Of a stretch of 64,000 nt of DNA, positions 28,311 to 38,109 are shown in pieces; positions within the stretch are counted from its first letter, which is position 1; every line of letters starts with the position of its first letter. The stretch spans positions 186,001 to 250,000 of the forward strand of contig CP075494.1 in the NCBI GenBank assembly GCA_021613535.1, given 5' to 3'. Under the pieces are notes generated by a model that saw only the letters and a program-made list of their open reading frames with translations, was not told the DNA's origin and searched no databases. Source of the stretch: Adineta vaga (taxonomy: Eukaryota > Animalia > Rotifera). The position numbers and the translations under genes are program-made.

Positions 28311-29119
28311 TAACGAGAAACTTAATAGAAAAACACTTTCTTTTCACGTAATGAAAGTTAGCAGCAGATTCGACCTTTTCCTGCTGACATTCATTCCGAG
28401 ATCTGTGATGGATTTCTAATTGATTGTGATGGATGCAGAATTTAATTCTGCGTCGAATGGTGGTGCTTTCAAGTGGGGGGGGGGGGGGGGGTCATTGATG
28501 GAAACCAGGGGTTTTGGGTGGAAGTACTGGGTGGAAAGAGATCATCACTTTCAGATGGATGTTCTGTAGGGAAAACGTTTAAGGTACTTGTTTAAACATA
28601 GAAATAAATAAATATTCTAATAGCTATAGATATATCTTCATAAAGTCTTCAAATAAGCATAAACTGTAGTTCATGTCATTTATCTTGTGATTTTTATAAA
28701 GTAGTTTAAATATACCAGATCCTTATCATGTCAGGGTTGAAGTCAACAATAAATTCATACAATGGTTAACTATAAAATTTCCTAAATCAAATCCTGATTT
28801 TGATTATATATAGTAGATCAGATTTCTGGGAGAACATGAGTATACGAAATCAAAATATCAAAAAGACAAACATGATACGTAAAAAGCATATTGTGAACAA
28901 AATACATCTATAGATAGCGAAGCAAATGAGAAATAATTGTGAGAGAATAACGTTAATGATTGATTTGGCATATCTCAAAACATATCTGTGCAAAGATTCA
29001 GTAAATTTGTAAAATGTAGATAGCCAATTCGACAAGTACATGACTATCGTGTGCTATACAATCTAAACGATGAGTATCATCAAAGCGATAAAAAGTGTTG
29101 TTGTGTGATTTGATGATGC

Positions 29120-29196
29120 ATCTTGAGGGTGGGTGTGGGTGTGAAAGAAGAGGAGATACCCACAACCTCATCCACACCCACACCCACCCTCAAGAT
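29120..29196. repeat. Best-preserved copy of the telomere-repeat hairpin family (~25 copies in window)
   Basis: ATCTTGAGGGTGGGTGTGGGTGTG-AAAGAAGAGGAG...-CACACCCACACCCACCCTCAAGAT. Confidence 0.9.
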
Positions 29197-29681
29197 ACAA
29201 TAATATTTTAACCGAAATAAACAAAAGACATGAAGATATTGCTCAATAAATCTCAATGTGTTTCAACATTGTTTCTCCTTGCCTTTTTTGTCATAGATAA
29301 ATATATAACCGTGTGTTTCGTATTAGAATGAGGTAATTCTTGAGAGAAAGAAAGAAATAAAAACGTAATTCCATCAACACACGCATTTCTTCCATCGAAA
29401 AATCATGACATCTACAGATTTCTTTTTTTTCTTTCTTGAATGAGTAAGTTTTATTGTCTCAATAAACTGCTAATGAATCGAAAAAAAAACATCCATATTA
29501 TTAGGCATTCTAGAGCAAATAAGCCAATGGTAGTTGCATTCCTATAGATTTTTTAAAACTATTTTATTATATTGACTTTTACTCTCTCTTCGATAAAAAA
29601 TATGTATGCATTTGTCTAATATATTTATTGTCGAAAGTTGTTTTGATAAAGCAGAAAAAGAAAGTAATTTTCAACAACAAC

Positions 29682-31076
29682 ATGTCCGCAAATACAGGTA
29701 AATATGTCGAATGAAAATGAATAGTGTTGCTTTCATATTTCAGCATTTAGGAACAAAATTCGATTTGAATCAACCGACGACATCAATTAATGAAGAAATG
29801 AGCGAAGATAAAACTGGCGTGTATCCACATGATATTACATTCAATAGTAGAGGTATAAGTAAGATTTGCATTGTTATCAAGAAGTTCTGTTTTGTTTTTT
29901 TGTGTGATAAAGATGAACAAATAGGACAAAATCAGGAGACATTCGCGGTGCTTTTGGAAGAGCAACAGAGCAATCAAGAAAATATTCCTACACAAGGATC
30001 TTCAATAACACAAAGTGGTGATGGAAGTGGAGAAAATAACCAAACAGTAACAACAACAACAAATATCTCATTGAACGCACGAAAACGTATATTTGATGAT
30101 GGAGATGTTTTCATTCGAAATCTTTTGTGTCTTGTAGATATCAAGGAATGGGATGAAGATGAAATATTAGGATGGTTTCGATCTTATAAACTTAATCGGT
30201 AGATAAGAATTCAAATGAATTGACTATATAAATATTCGTTTATAGGTTATATAATACTGTCATTGCTACACATGAAACACAAAAAGATGGTGCAATGTTA
30301 GCAAAAATATTTGATTGTAAAGTTAAGGTAAAAACATTCTAAAATGAAATCATTTGATACGTATTTTTATTTAGAATTATGATCGTTATAGACATACCTA
30401 TGGAGGACGTTTACCAAAGAATGATAAAAATCTTTTCCAAGATTTTCATAGATTTGGAGAATTACTTGATTCATTTTTTATTGATAAACTTAATCATCGA
30501 TTTGACGTCGCATTTTCTTTTCCAGGAGATATACGTGAACGAGTCAAAAAAATAGCTGAAAAATTATGTCAAATAATTAATCGAGATGGTGAACAAAGAG
30601 TTTTCTATGATAAATATTATAAAGCAGAACTAGCTCGTCCTAATTTAGATCTTTATTTACATAATATATATCGATATCAATCAAGATTAATCGTTCTTTT
30701 TATGTGTCAAGATTATTCACGTAAAGAATGGTGTGGTTTAGAAGCACGTGCAATACGTAGTCTTAGAAAAACTTATCAAAATGAACGAATTATGTTATTA
30801 TCAGTTGATGGAACTACTATTGATGATATTCCAGATATCGATGGATATTGGGACATTTCAGAAGAAGATGATGATACTGTTGTTCAAGGAATTTATGAAC
30901 GTTTACAAGCACTTGGAGATTCTCAAATATCAATTCAAACACAGAATTTACCAAGAATAGAGAATTTATTTGAAAAAATCATTCGATTATTTAAAGAATT
31001 TCCACGAACAATATCGTCGTGGTATATTGTAGTGGCTATAGTAGCGTATATTTTAGGAACTTTCATTGGACGATAA
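29682..31076 (+). CDS. Multi-exon SAM-like + bacterial-type TIR (TIR_2) protein with C-terminal TM anchor
   Basis: FDVAFSFPG...VFYD...IY...S...IVLFMCQDYSRKEWCGLE TIR motifs; DIKEWDEDEILGWF SAM-like start; hydrophobic tail; several short GT-AG introns. Confidence 0.8.
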
Positions 31077-31361
31077 AATAACACGGAGAAAATATAATTT
31101 TTTTAAATAAAAATAAAATCTTTAATAAAATATGACTGTTGAATTTATATTCACATTATATTAGAAATTAAAACTGAATATTAATATTCAAAATAAATTA
31201 TTTCATGTTCTTCTATACAAACGGCATTTTATTTGTTTATTAATTCATAAGAAATTAAATAACTACTCAAAAAGTACCAATCAATACACTATAAGGTAGT
31301 AAACATCAGGGTTGCCAGATTGTCTGAAAAGTCAGGAAAGTGTCTGAATTTTGGAGGTTTT

Positions 31362-31526
31362 TCAACTATACGAAAAAGAAAGCAGTTGGTTATTTCCTGT
31401 TCGAAAGAAATAACCGATTTATCAAAGAATAAAATGTTTGAGATAGAAAAGAAAAAAAAAGAGTTGTTTTGTTTTATGTAGTTTATTGACTAGTTTCTGT
31501 CAAGTTAAGACTTGACTTCATCAGAA
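31362..31526 (-). repeat. 3' pseudo-LTR (165 bp), directly repeated at 35644-35808 and inverted at 40070-40234
   Basis: Match read by eye from TCAACTATACG to CATCAGAA. Confidence 0.92.
31488..31524 (-). ncRNA. Minimal hammerhead ribozyme core, copy 1
   Basis: CUGAUGA - stem II GUCAAGU/ACUUGAC - GAAA - palindromic ACUAGU - GUC cleavage triplet. Confidence 0.85.
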
Positions 31527-31729
31527 CTTATATACAAAAAAACTCTAATTAAATTATAAATACAAGAAAAAACTTGGAATGAAAAAATGCAAAGAACTAT
31601 GCTAGGGCTTGAAGAGCCCATGACAATGCAAACTAGGGCTAGATGAGCCCTTAGTTTTTCAAACTCTGTTTTAATTTCTTCTTCTTACTTAGGAAACGAG
31701 AAGAAGATGTGGGTAGGTTTGCTTGCAAA

Positions 31730-33586
31730 TTATTTTAGGAATACTTTATTTGGTTTTTTATGTACTAAATAATCTAGAAGATTGTTTAATCTTCTAGAAC
31801 CAACGATAGGTTTCCTATTACAAATTGGTGTATCCGAGAAACATTCATTCCAGAGTTTATGAAAACTGGTCGTAAATTCGCTCATACCTTTACAAAAGGA
31901 AAAATGGCACATTATGTTGACCTCGAAATCAATTTTCTTTTCTGTTTTTTCATTTCTTTTTTCATTTAGAAAAGTTTTTCTTATATGCAAGAAATTCTTT
32001 TGTGTCGGAACTGCACAATGAAAAGCTTGCGAGACTCTTTCAAATTGTTTCAAAATGAAATTAAGTGGATATTGGTTTAAGAGCAATGACATGCATATAT
32101 GCGCTTCTTCTAGTTTGTAATCATCATAACTTGAAGAGTATCTTATTGCTCGAACGAGAGCAACGAAAGGAATATTCCTTTTTATATGTTGTGCATGTAC
32201 ACTAGAGAAAGGGAGAAAATATAATTCATGTGATGGTTTATGATAAACTTTTGATATTAGTTTTCCTCCTCTGTTCTCAAATTCTACGTCAAGATATTGA
32301 ACGTTCTTTCCTATTGATTCAGAAAAAACGATATTTTTATCAATTCTATTCCAGAATTTAACAAGACCTTTTAATATATCTTCATGTATGTTTGACATGA
32401 TGAATAAGTCATCGATATATCTATAGTATAATGAGAACGTTCTATTAGCCCATTTTGCAATGGGACGTTCAACGAAATACATATATGTATTAGCTATGGT
32501 GAGGGTGAGTGGCGAACCCATGGCGCCTCCTCTTATCTGTTTGTAATATGACCCGTCAAAATAGAAATAATTATTAGTTATAACAAATCTGGTAAGAGCT
32601 AAGATAATTTCTTTCTTAATGCCGTCAATTTGTTTTAGATTATGTTCTTCTAATAATCTTTTTATAGCTACCACTCCCCCTTCTTGCGGGATCATTGTGT
32701 AAAGATCAGTCACATCCATAGATATGAATGTAGTTGATGATGTGAGATAATTATCTGACCATCTTTCAACTGACTTAATCAATTGAGTACCGTTTTCAAT
32801 TGCTATATCAAGAGCTAATTGATTGAATAACGGTCTTAATAAATCATCTAACCATTTAGATATACCTATAGTTGGTGATTTCATTCCAGCTACTATGGGT
32901 CTTAATGGTGTATTAGGTTTATGTGCTTTTGGCAAAAAATACAGGTGAGCTAATTCTGCTTCTTCCCGTTGTACTTTTAGGTTTTCATAATGTTTCTGGG
33001 TTATATGTTTATTAACCCATAGAGCATATAGAAATTCATTTGTACGTTTAACTAATGCATCAAGTGGGTTTATTCCTTCTAAATCTTGATATGCATCTGT
33101 TTTTATCATATATGTTCGAGCTTTAAATATATGATCATCAGTTGTACCGAGATGAAAAACTTTTGATTTATCTGTCTTTCTGATGATTGTTTTCGTTGCT
33201 TCGAACTTTCTTTCTAGATTTTTGATTATCTTTAAATGATCTGATGGAAGATATTTATTATGACAATTAGTCAATATCTGTGTTAATGAATCTTTAAAGA
33301 ATTCAAAACGTTGAACAGGTAATATCCATCCATGTTCACCAAAAATCTTATTTATTTTTCTCATAACCACATCTATCTCATTATTCATACGTTTATGTGC
33401 AAGATGAGGGTTATCAGGTATATATTTAGGGCCGAGTTTTAATAGATCATATTCGACCCTATCTAAATTTATGTTAGTTTCATTAATTATATTTGGAGCG
33501 TGAAATCCTTTCGTAATACTGGATTCATTTTTCGTGCTTCCTGTATTTCGAAGGGCGTCTCTTTGACGCTGCGTTCGTCTAAAAAA
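31730..33586 (-). CDS. PLE/Athena reverse transcriptase; N-terminus entered by predicted -1 frameshift
   Basis: LLKLGPKYIP, LYFLPKAHKP-PLRPIV, DVTDLYT, GAMGSPL, YRYIDD, YLDV, VYHKP. The frame is open upstream of the annotated ATG (33388) as far as the slippery site. Confidence 0.93.
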   Translation of the reverse strand, partial: FFRRTQRQRDALRNTGSTKNESSITKGFHAPNIINETNINLDRVEYDLLKLGPKYIPDNPHLAHKRMNNEIDVVMRKINKIFGEHGWILPVQRFEFFKDSLTQILTNCHNKYLPSDHLKIIKNLERKFEATKTIIRKTDKSKVFHLGTTDDHIFKARTYMIKTDAYQDLEGINPLDALVKRTNEFLYALWVNKHITQKHYENLKVQREEAELAHLYFLPKAHKPNTPLRPIVAGMKSPTIGISKWLDDLLRPLFNQLALDIAIENGTQLIKSVERWSDNYLTSSTTFISMDVTDLYTMIPQEGGVVAIKRLLEEHNLKQIDGIKKEIILALTRFVITNNYFYFDGSYYKQIRGGAMGSPLTLTIANTYMYFVERPIAKWANRTFSLYYRYIDDLFIMSNIHEDILKGLVKFWNRIDKNIVFSESIGKNVQYLDVEFENRGGKLISKVYHKPSHELYFLPFSSVHAQHIKRNIPFVALVRAIRYSSSYDDYKLEEAHICMSLLLNQYPLNFILKQFERVSQAFHCAVPTQKNFLHIRKTFLNEKRNEKTEKKIDFEVNIMCHFSFCKGMSEFTTSFHKLWNECFSDTPICNRKPIVGSRRLNNLLDYLVHKKPNKVFLK

Positions 33587-35532
33587 AGAACTTCTCGTTC
33601 TATTTCTAGTAATGCTTTTTTGTACGAAATTTCAACATATTCTGTAAACATTTCAGAACCTTTTGATTCAATTATATCTATTTGTGTTCGTACTCTTTGC
33701 GTGAAACAACCATTATTATCAGCTTCATCACCGTCATTTTTATCGATTGCCGCCGCCTGCTGTATTTGTGTCAGTGGCACATCATATGTATCTGGTGGAA
33801 AATCTCTCAGAAGTTTATCTAATCTTTCATTCTGAAAATCATATTCACCTTTAGCAACTTTCAAATATAATTCCGTTGCTTTTATACGAAAATCTTTCGA
33901 TAATTCTTCTATACTTTTCTTATTCTTTAGGATTTCTTCAGCTGATAGTGAAGATTCATCCATGGGAAGAGAAAAATCATACTGTGGTAAGTTTTTCGGT
34001 ATAATATCATTTGAAATATGAGCTGCTACCAATTCAAAGTTTTTCTTCTTTTTGTGGTAGGCTTTCAAGGCTGGTCTACAGAAGGTATTGGCATATATTT
34101 TCTGTTGTTCAGTTGCCATATTTTCAAATGCCTTCAATGCAGTCCATTCATCTTTTTCTAAAGATGCACGACGTATTCTTATATTGTTCATTTTCGTTAA
34201 TCCTATTGTAGATTCTTTAATATAGTCAAGCATTAGATCATGTACTCTTTTAGGAGCATTGGCTATAGCTTGTATATTTTGATTAGAAGAGAATTTGTCG
34301 ATGGTTCGTGTTATGATGTCATTTGCATCGATACATGCTGATGTAAAATGTGATATTTTATTTTCACATAACGATAAATTTCTTTTATCATCACGGGTAT
34401 GTGTTTTATCGACAATTTCTTTGGCCCAATGATCTTTATTCTTTCCTAGTTCATAGAATTGTTGCCAGACCTGGGCTTCATAATGATTATATACCCATTT
34501 ATCGTATGTCGGAAGAGTGTCCTTCGCATACTTGTATATTTCATTGAAGGAATCTTTTAAATCTTTCATTTTTCTGTCATTTAGTTTGACTTTTAGATAT
34601 GAAAGAATTTTATAATCTTGTAAATATAATTTCAATTTACGTTTATCTGTAGGTGATCGTGATGATACTTCATCACTACTACGATCTCTGTCATTTACAG
34701 TAAGAAAAAGATCGTCACTTTTATGTTGATTTATTCTTATTCTATCTGTATTAACTTCGTTTGTTGTGTTAGTTTGTTTAGCAACAACAATATTATCTTT
34801 TCGCATATTCGAAGTAGGTTTTCTTTTTTTAGGTGATTTATTTTTATTCATGGCACGTATTTGATTATTATTATCTGCTTCAGCCTCTGAATTATCTGCT
34901 TCTGTATCATCATCATTTTCTGACAAAATAATGAAACGATTATCATTTAATCGACCTAATTCTTCATTACGTTTATTAGGTAAGAATGCTCGATTTCTCT
35001 GACGTCTTTCTCTTCTTCGAAGAGTGTTGAGATGAGCTTTGTCTGATGTTTTCTTTTTCTTGGATTGTACATCATTATTTTTATTATTATTCATATTCTT
35101 CTGATGAATGGGCATCGTCTTTGATTGCCTACTATTATCAGGTAAATCTATTTGATTTAAATTTTGCCATGTTTCAGGCATGAAATCAACTAAACGTCTT
35201 TGCTTTGGTGTATTACGTTGACGATTGTTTTTGAAATTTCCACGTCGTGGAGTTACTGATCGTTTTCGATTATCATATGATGGCTTTCCATCCTTTCTAC
35301 TATATTTAGACTGATCCTTATTCCATGATGATGAACCATCAAATGGATAGAAAAATGGTGGTGGTGCTAATGGAAAGGGCATTTGCTGCCCATTAACCAT
35401 ACCTCCCGACCAATTCATTGGTATATTATTTGGACCAAATACAGATGATTGAAAACCATAACCATGTTTTTGTGGTTGTTGAATACCATATGGATAACCA
35501 ATTGGATATTGTTGATCATATGTTGGAAACAT
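33487..35532 (-). CDS. ORF1 of the Athena-like element: P/Q/G/Y-rich N-terminus, basic region, helical coiled-coil C-terminus
   Basis: ~680-aa ORF directly upstream of and overlapping the RT frame; first ATG at 35532. Confidence 0.85.
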   Translation of the reverse strand: MFPTYDQQYPIGYPYGIQQPQKHGYGFQSSVFGPNNIPMNWSGGMVNGQQMPFPLAPPPFFYPFDGSSSWNKDQSKYSRKDGKPSYDNRKRSVTPRRGNFKNNRQRNTPKQRRLVDFMPETWQNLNQIDLPDNSRQSKTMPIHQKNMNNNKNNDVQSKKKKTSDKAHLNTLRRRERRQRNRAFLPNKRNEELGRLNDNRFIILSENDDDTEADNSEAEADNNNQIRAMNKNKSPKKRKPTSNMRKDNIVVAKQTNTTNEVNTDRIRINQHKSDDLFLTVNDRDRSSDEVSSRSPTDKRKLKLYLQDYKILSYLKVKLNDRKMKDLKDSFNEIYKYAKDTLPTYDKWVYNHYEAQVWQQFYELGKNKDHWAKEIVDKTHTRDDKRNLSLCENKISHFTSACIDANDIITRTIDKFSSNQNIQAIANAPKRVHDLMLDYIKESTIGLTKMNNIRIRRASLEKDEWTALKAFENMATEQQKIYANTFCRPALKAYHKKKKNFELVAAHISNDIIPKNLPQYDFSLPMDESSLSAEEILKNKKSIEELSKDFRIKATELYLKVAKGEYDFQNERLDKLLRDFPPDTYDVPLTQIQQAAAIDKNDGDEADNNGCFTQRVRTQIDIIESKGSEMFTEYVEISYKKALLEIEREVLFLDERSVKETPFEIQEARKMNPVLRKDFTLQI

Positions 35533-35608
35533 ATTCTCACTATTCTCAATAGTATTATTCAAGATAAAAGAAGAACTACTTTCGAGCTACTTTAAGATCT
35601 TACGACTC

Positions 35609-35646
35609 TATATAAAATAGCTAACTAACGACAAACTAAATACTCA
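35609..35646 (+). promoter_or_regulatory. Putative antisense TATA/Inr promoter at the pLTR boundary
   Basis: TATATAAAA at 35609-35617, ~30 nt before TACTCAACT where the pLTR begins. Confidence 0.45.
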
Positions 35647-35769
35647 ACTATACGAAAAAGAAAGCAGTTGGTTATTTCCTGTTCGAAAGAAATAACCGAT
35701 TTATCAAAGAATAAAATGTTTGAGATAGAAAAGAAAAAAAAAGAGTTGTTTTGTTTTATGTAGTTTATT

Positions 35770-35806
35770 GACTAGTTTCTGTCAAGTTAAGACTTGACTT
35801 CATCAG
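35770..35806 (-). ncRNA. Minimal hammerhead ribozyme core, copy 2 (upstream of ORF1)
   Basis: Same core as copy 1. Confidence 0.85.
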
Positions 35807-36153
35807 AATCTAGAAGAAAAAGCAATGGTTTAGAAAAAAAGTAAAGAATTTTATTAAAAACAAATGTTTATAAGATCGGTTCTCGTAAGGGAAGCTATAT
35901 ATGTTTATCTTATCCTGTATACCAGGAAGATCTTATGTGAATTGTTGAATTTCATTCAGTATTTATAGTCCCCGATACTGATCCTGATTGGTATTTTAGA
36001 AGAGATATTAATGGATCAATCAGATGTCTAGTCTTAAACGACTAATAGGCGTCGAAGATAGACTATTCAAGGTGTTAAAAATGTTCAAAGGTTATTTGGT
36101 AAAACTTTGATGTAAAAAAAGGAAAATTTCAAGAAAAAAAACATTAATAAAAG

Positions 36154-36229
36154 TGGTACCGGATGCGAGATTCGAACTCGCCGTCATCGGTGTGACACAC
36201 CATTGATCCACTCAATCGTCTAGTACGGT
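36154..36229 (-). tRNA. tRNA-like sequence, 76 nt, GTC at anticodon positions, encoded CCA, imperfect stems
   Basis: U8, A9, G10, A14, U33, A37 in register; perfect T-arm GCGAG-TTCGAAT-CTCGC; A73-CCA, then C-TTTT. Mismatches in acceptor (2), D (2) and anticodon (1) stems. Confidence 0.7.
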
Positions 36230-36544
36230 TATACACGCATTCAAAATCTCACTTAATTATTGAAAGCATTAATCTATGTTATAGGATAGAATACTTCTTA
36301 AGTTTTCTTTGATAGAATGGAGAAAACATTTGATTGAACAGTTAAGGAATTTCTTAGAAGACCAATCATTTTGATCTGTGTGTGCTATATAAACAGACGA
36401 TTTCGTTGTAGTTGACACAAGATCATCACTTTCCTATAGACATCATCTCGAATATCAGAGAATGTATTTAGGGAATTTTGAGCCTTGATTAACAGCATAG
36501 TCGTTGGAATGACTTTATTAATCCTTTTCTTTTTTTTACTCTAG

Positions 36545-37261
36545 ATGACACCCACTTCGAATGCTCAAAACTCTGCTGTCTCGGGCGATGATGGAGTAGC
36601 GCGTGATGTTGCTTTTCAGGCACTGAGTCCATTCTCCGGAGCCTTCTCTCCGACCGAAGTTCGAGAGCAACTGGTTGGTCCGATTCTAAATGGTCCACCA
36701 ACGTCCATTTGGAGGAGGACCACCATTTCGCATTCCAATGCTGACGGGTCCTTCTGTCTGTATGCTTGTGAGAGAACAGGAGAAGCCATGTGGGTACCTA
36801 GTGGCGAGCATTTTGTGGCCGACAGGTCACAAAGAGGGCAGTCAACTGGAACTGTCATGGACTACCTGTTCTCACGAAGTGGTCAGACAACTGGACCACG
36901 AGGCTATGGGTTTCATCATACTGGTCGTACGGTTTCTGGCGAGAACAGGAATGTTCATCGACCCAGAAATATTCATGCCAGTATGGTGGATAGATCGGAG
37001 AGAACCGGGTCTACTCGACTGATTCGCTTCAGTCCAATGGCTTGTCATCAACCATCTGCGGCCGGAATGGGGACCAGGAGAACGATAGCCCGGCGAGAAC
37101 GCAGAGAAAATGCACGCAGTTCTGGCGGTACAACAACACCACAACCACCAGTAACTCCATCAACCAATTCTACAACCACCACCACCGTTACCAATAACTC
37201 TATAAATGAAACAAGTCCACAACTCCAACAGCTGAATTTATCAGACGAAGAGGCGATGTGA
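36545..37261 (+). CDS. Antisense accessory ORF of the retroelement (238 aa, unknown; Thr-rich tail)
   Basis: GC-richer ORF preceded by TATATAAA (36386) and a polypyrimidine-AG acceptor directly before the ATG. Confidence 0.55.
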   Translation: MTPTSNAQNSAVSGDDGVARDVAFQALSPFSGAFSPTEVREQLVGPILNGPPTSIWRRTTISHSNADGSFCLYACERTGEAMWVPSGEHFVADRSQRGQSTGTVMDYLFSRSGQTTGPRGYGFHHTGRTVSGENRNVHRPRNIHASMVDRSERTGSTRLIRFSPMACHQPSAAGMGTRRTIARRERRENARSSGGTTTPQPPVTPSTNSTTTTTVTNNSINETSPQLQQLNLSDEEAM

Positions 37262-37632
37262 AGACGTGTGGCACATTAGGCCCTCGTCTTCCTCCCTCTT
37301 CCATATCTCTTGCTCTCATTCATTGTTCATTCGACACTTTCTAGTGTCAGGTTAGAGAGGCCCATATGGCCATCAACCCCCATTTCGTTTCATCAAATAC
37401 AACCGCATAATCACTAGAATTATCATCTAAATCACCAGCACATAATCCGAAAAATATTCTAAAAAGAAATACTCCACTAAAAGTAAAGAGAAATGATAAA
37501 CATTAGAAATCAAATACCTTTCGAAGAAAATTGAATAGAAAAGTTAATCTCTTACTTCACTCAAAAAGATCAGAAACCAACACAACTAATATATATCATA
37601 CAACTCATGCCACTAAAATATAACATCTTCCC

Positions 37633-38109
37633 ATGGATGAATCTTCACTATCAGCTGAAGAAATCCTAAAGAATAAGAAAAGTATAGAAGAATTATCGAA
37701 AGATTTTCGTATAAAAGCAACGGAATTATATTTGAAAGTTGCTAAAGGTGAATATGATTTTCAGAATGAAAGATTAGATAAACTTCTGAGAGATTTTCCA
37801 CCAGATACATATGATGTGCCACTGACACAAATACAGCAGGCGGCGGCAATCGATAAAAATGACGGTGATGAAGCTGATAATAATGGTTGTTTCACGCAAA
37901 GAGTACGAACACAAATAGATATAATTGAATCAAAAGGTTCTGAAATGTTTACAGAATATGTTGAAATTTCGTACAAAAAAGCATTACTAGAAATAGAACG
38001 AGAAGTTCTTTTTTTAGACGAACGCAGCGTCAAAGAGACGCCCTTCGAAATACAGGAAGCACGAAAAATGAATCCAGTATTACGAAAGGATTTCACGCTC
38101 CAAATATAA
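37633..38109 (+). pseudogene. 5'-truncated ORF1 in the inverted copy
   Basis: Identical to the last 158 aa of ORF1; identity starts abruptly at 37626. Confidence 0.85.

Noticed and set aside
33500-33835. 111-aa ORF antisense to ORF1 (and its mirror at 37761-38096)
   Set aside because: Shadow frame of the coding strand.
35845-36045. Short protein-like + strand frame with an internal TGA in the retroelement spacer
   Set aside because: No start codon, short and interrupted; cannot be supported without homologues.
37255-37310. Selenocysteine/readthrough signal at the antisense ORF TGA
   Set aside because: Readthrough adds only five codons and no clear SECIS core is visible.
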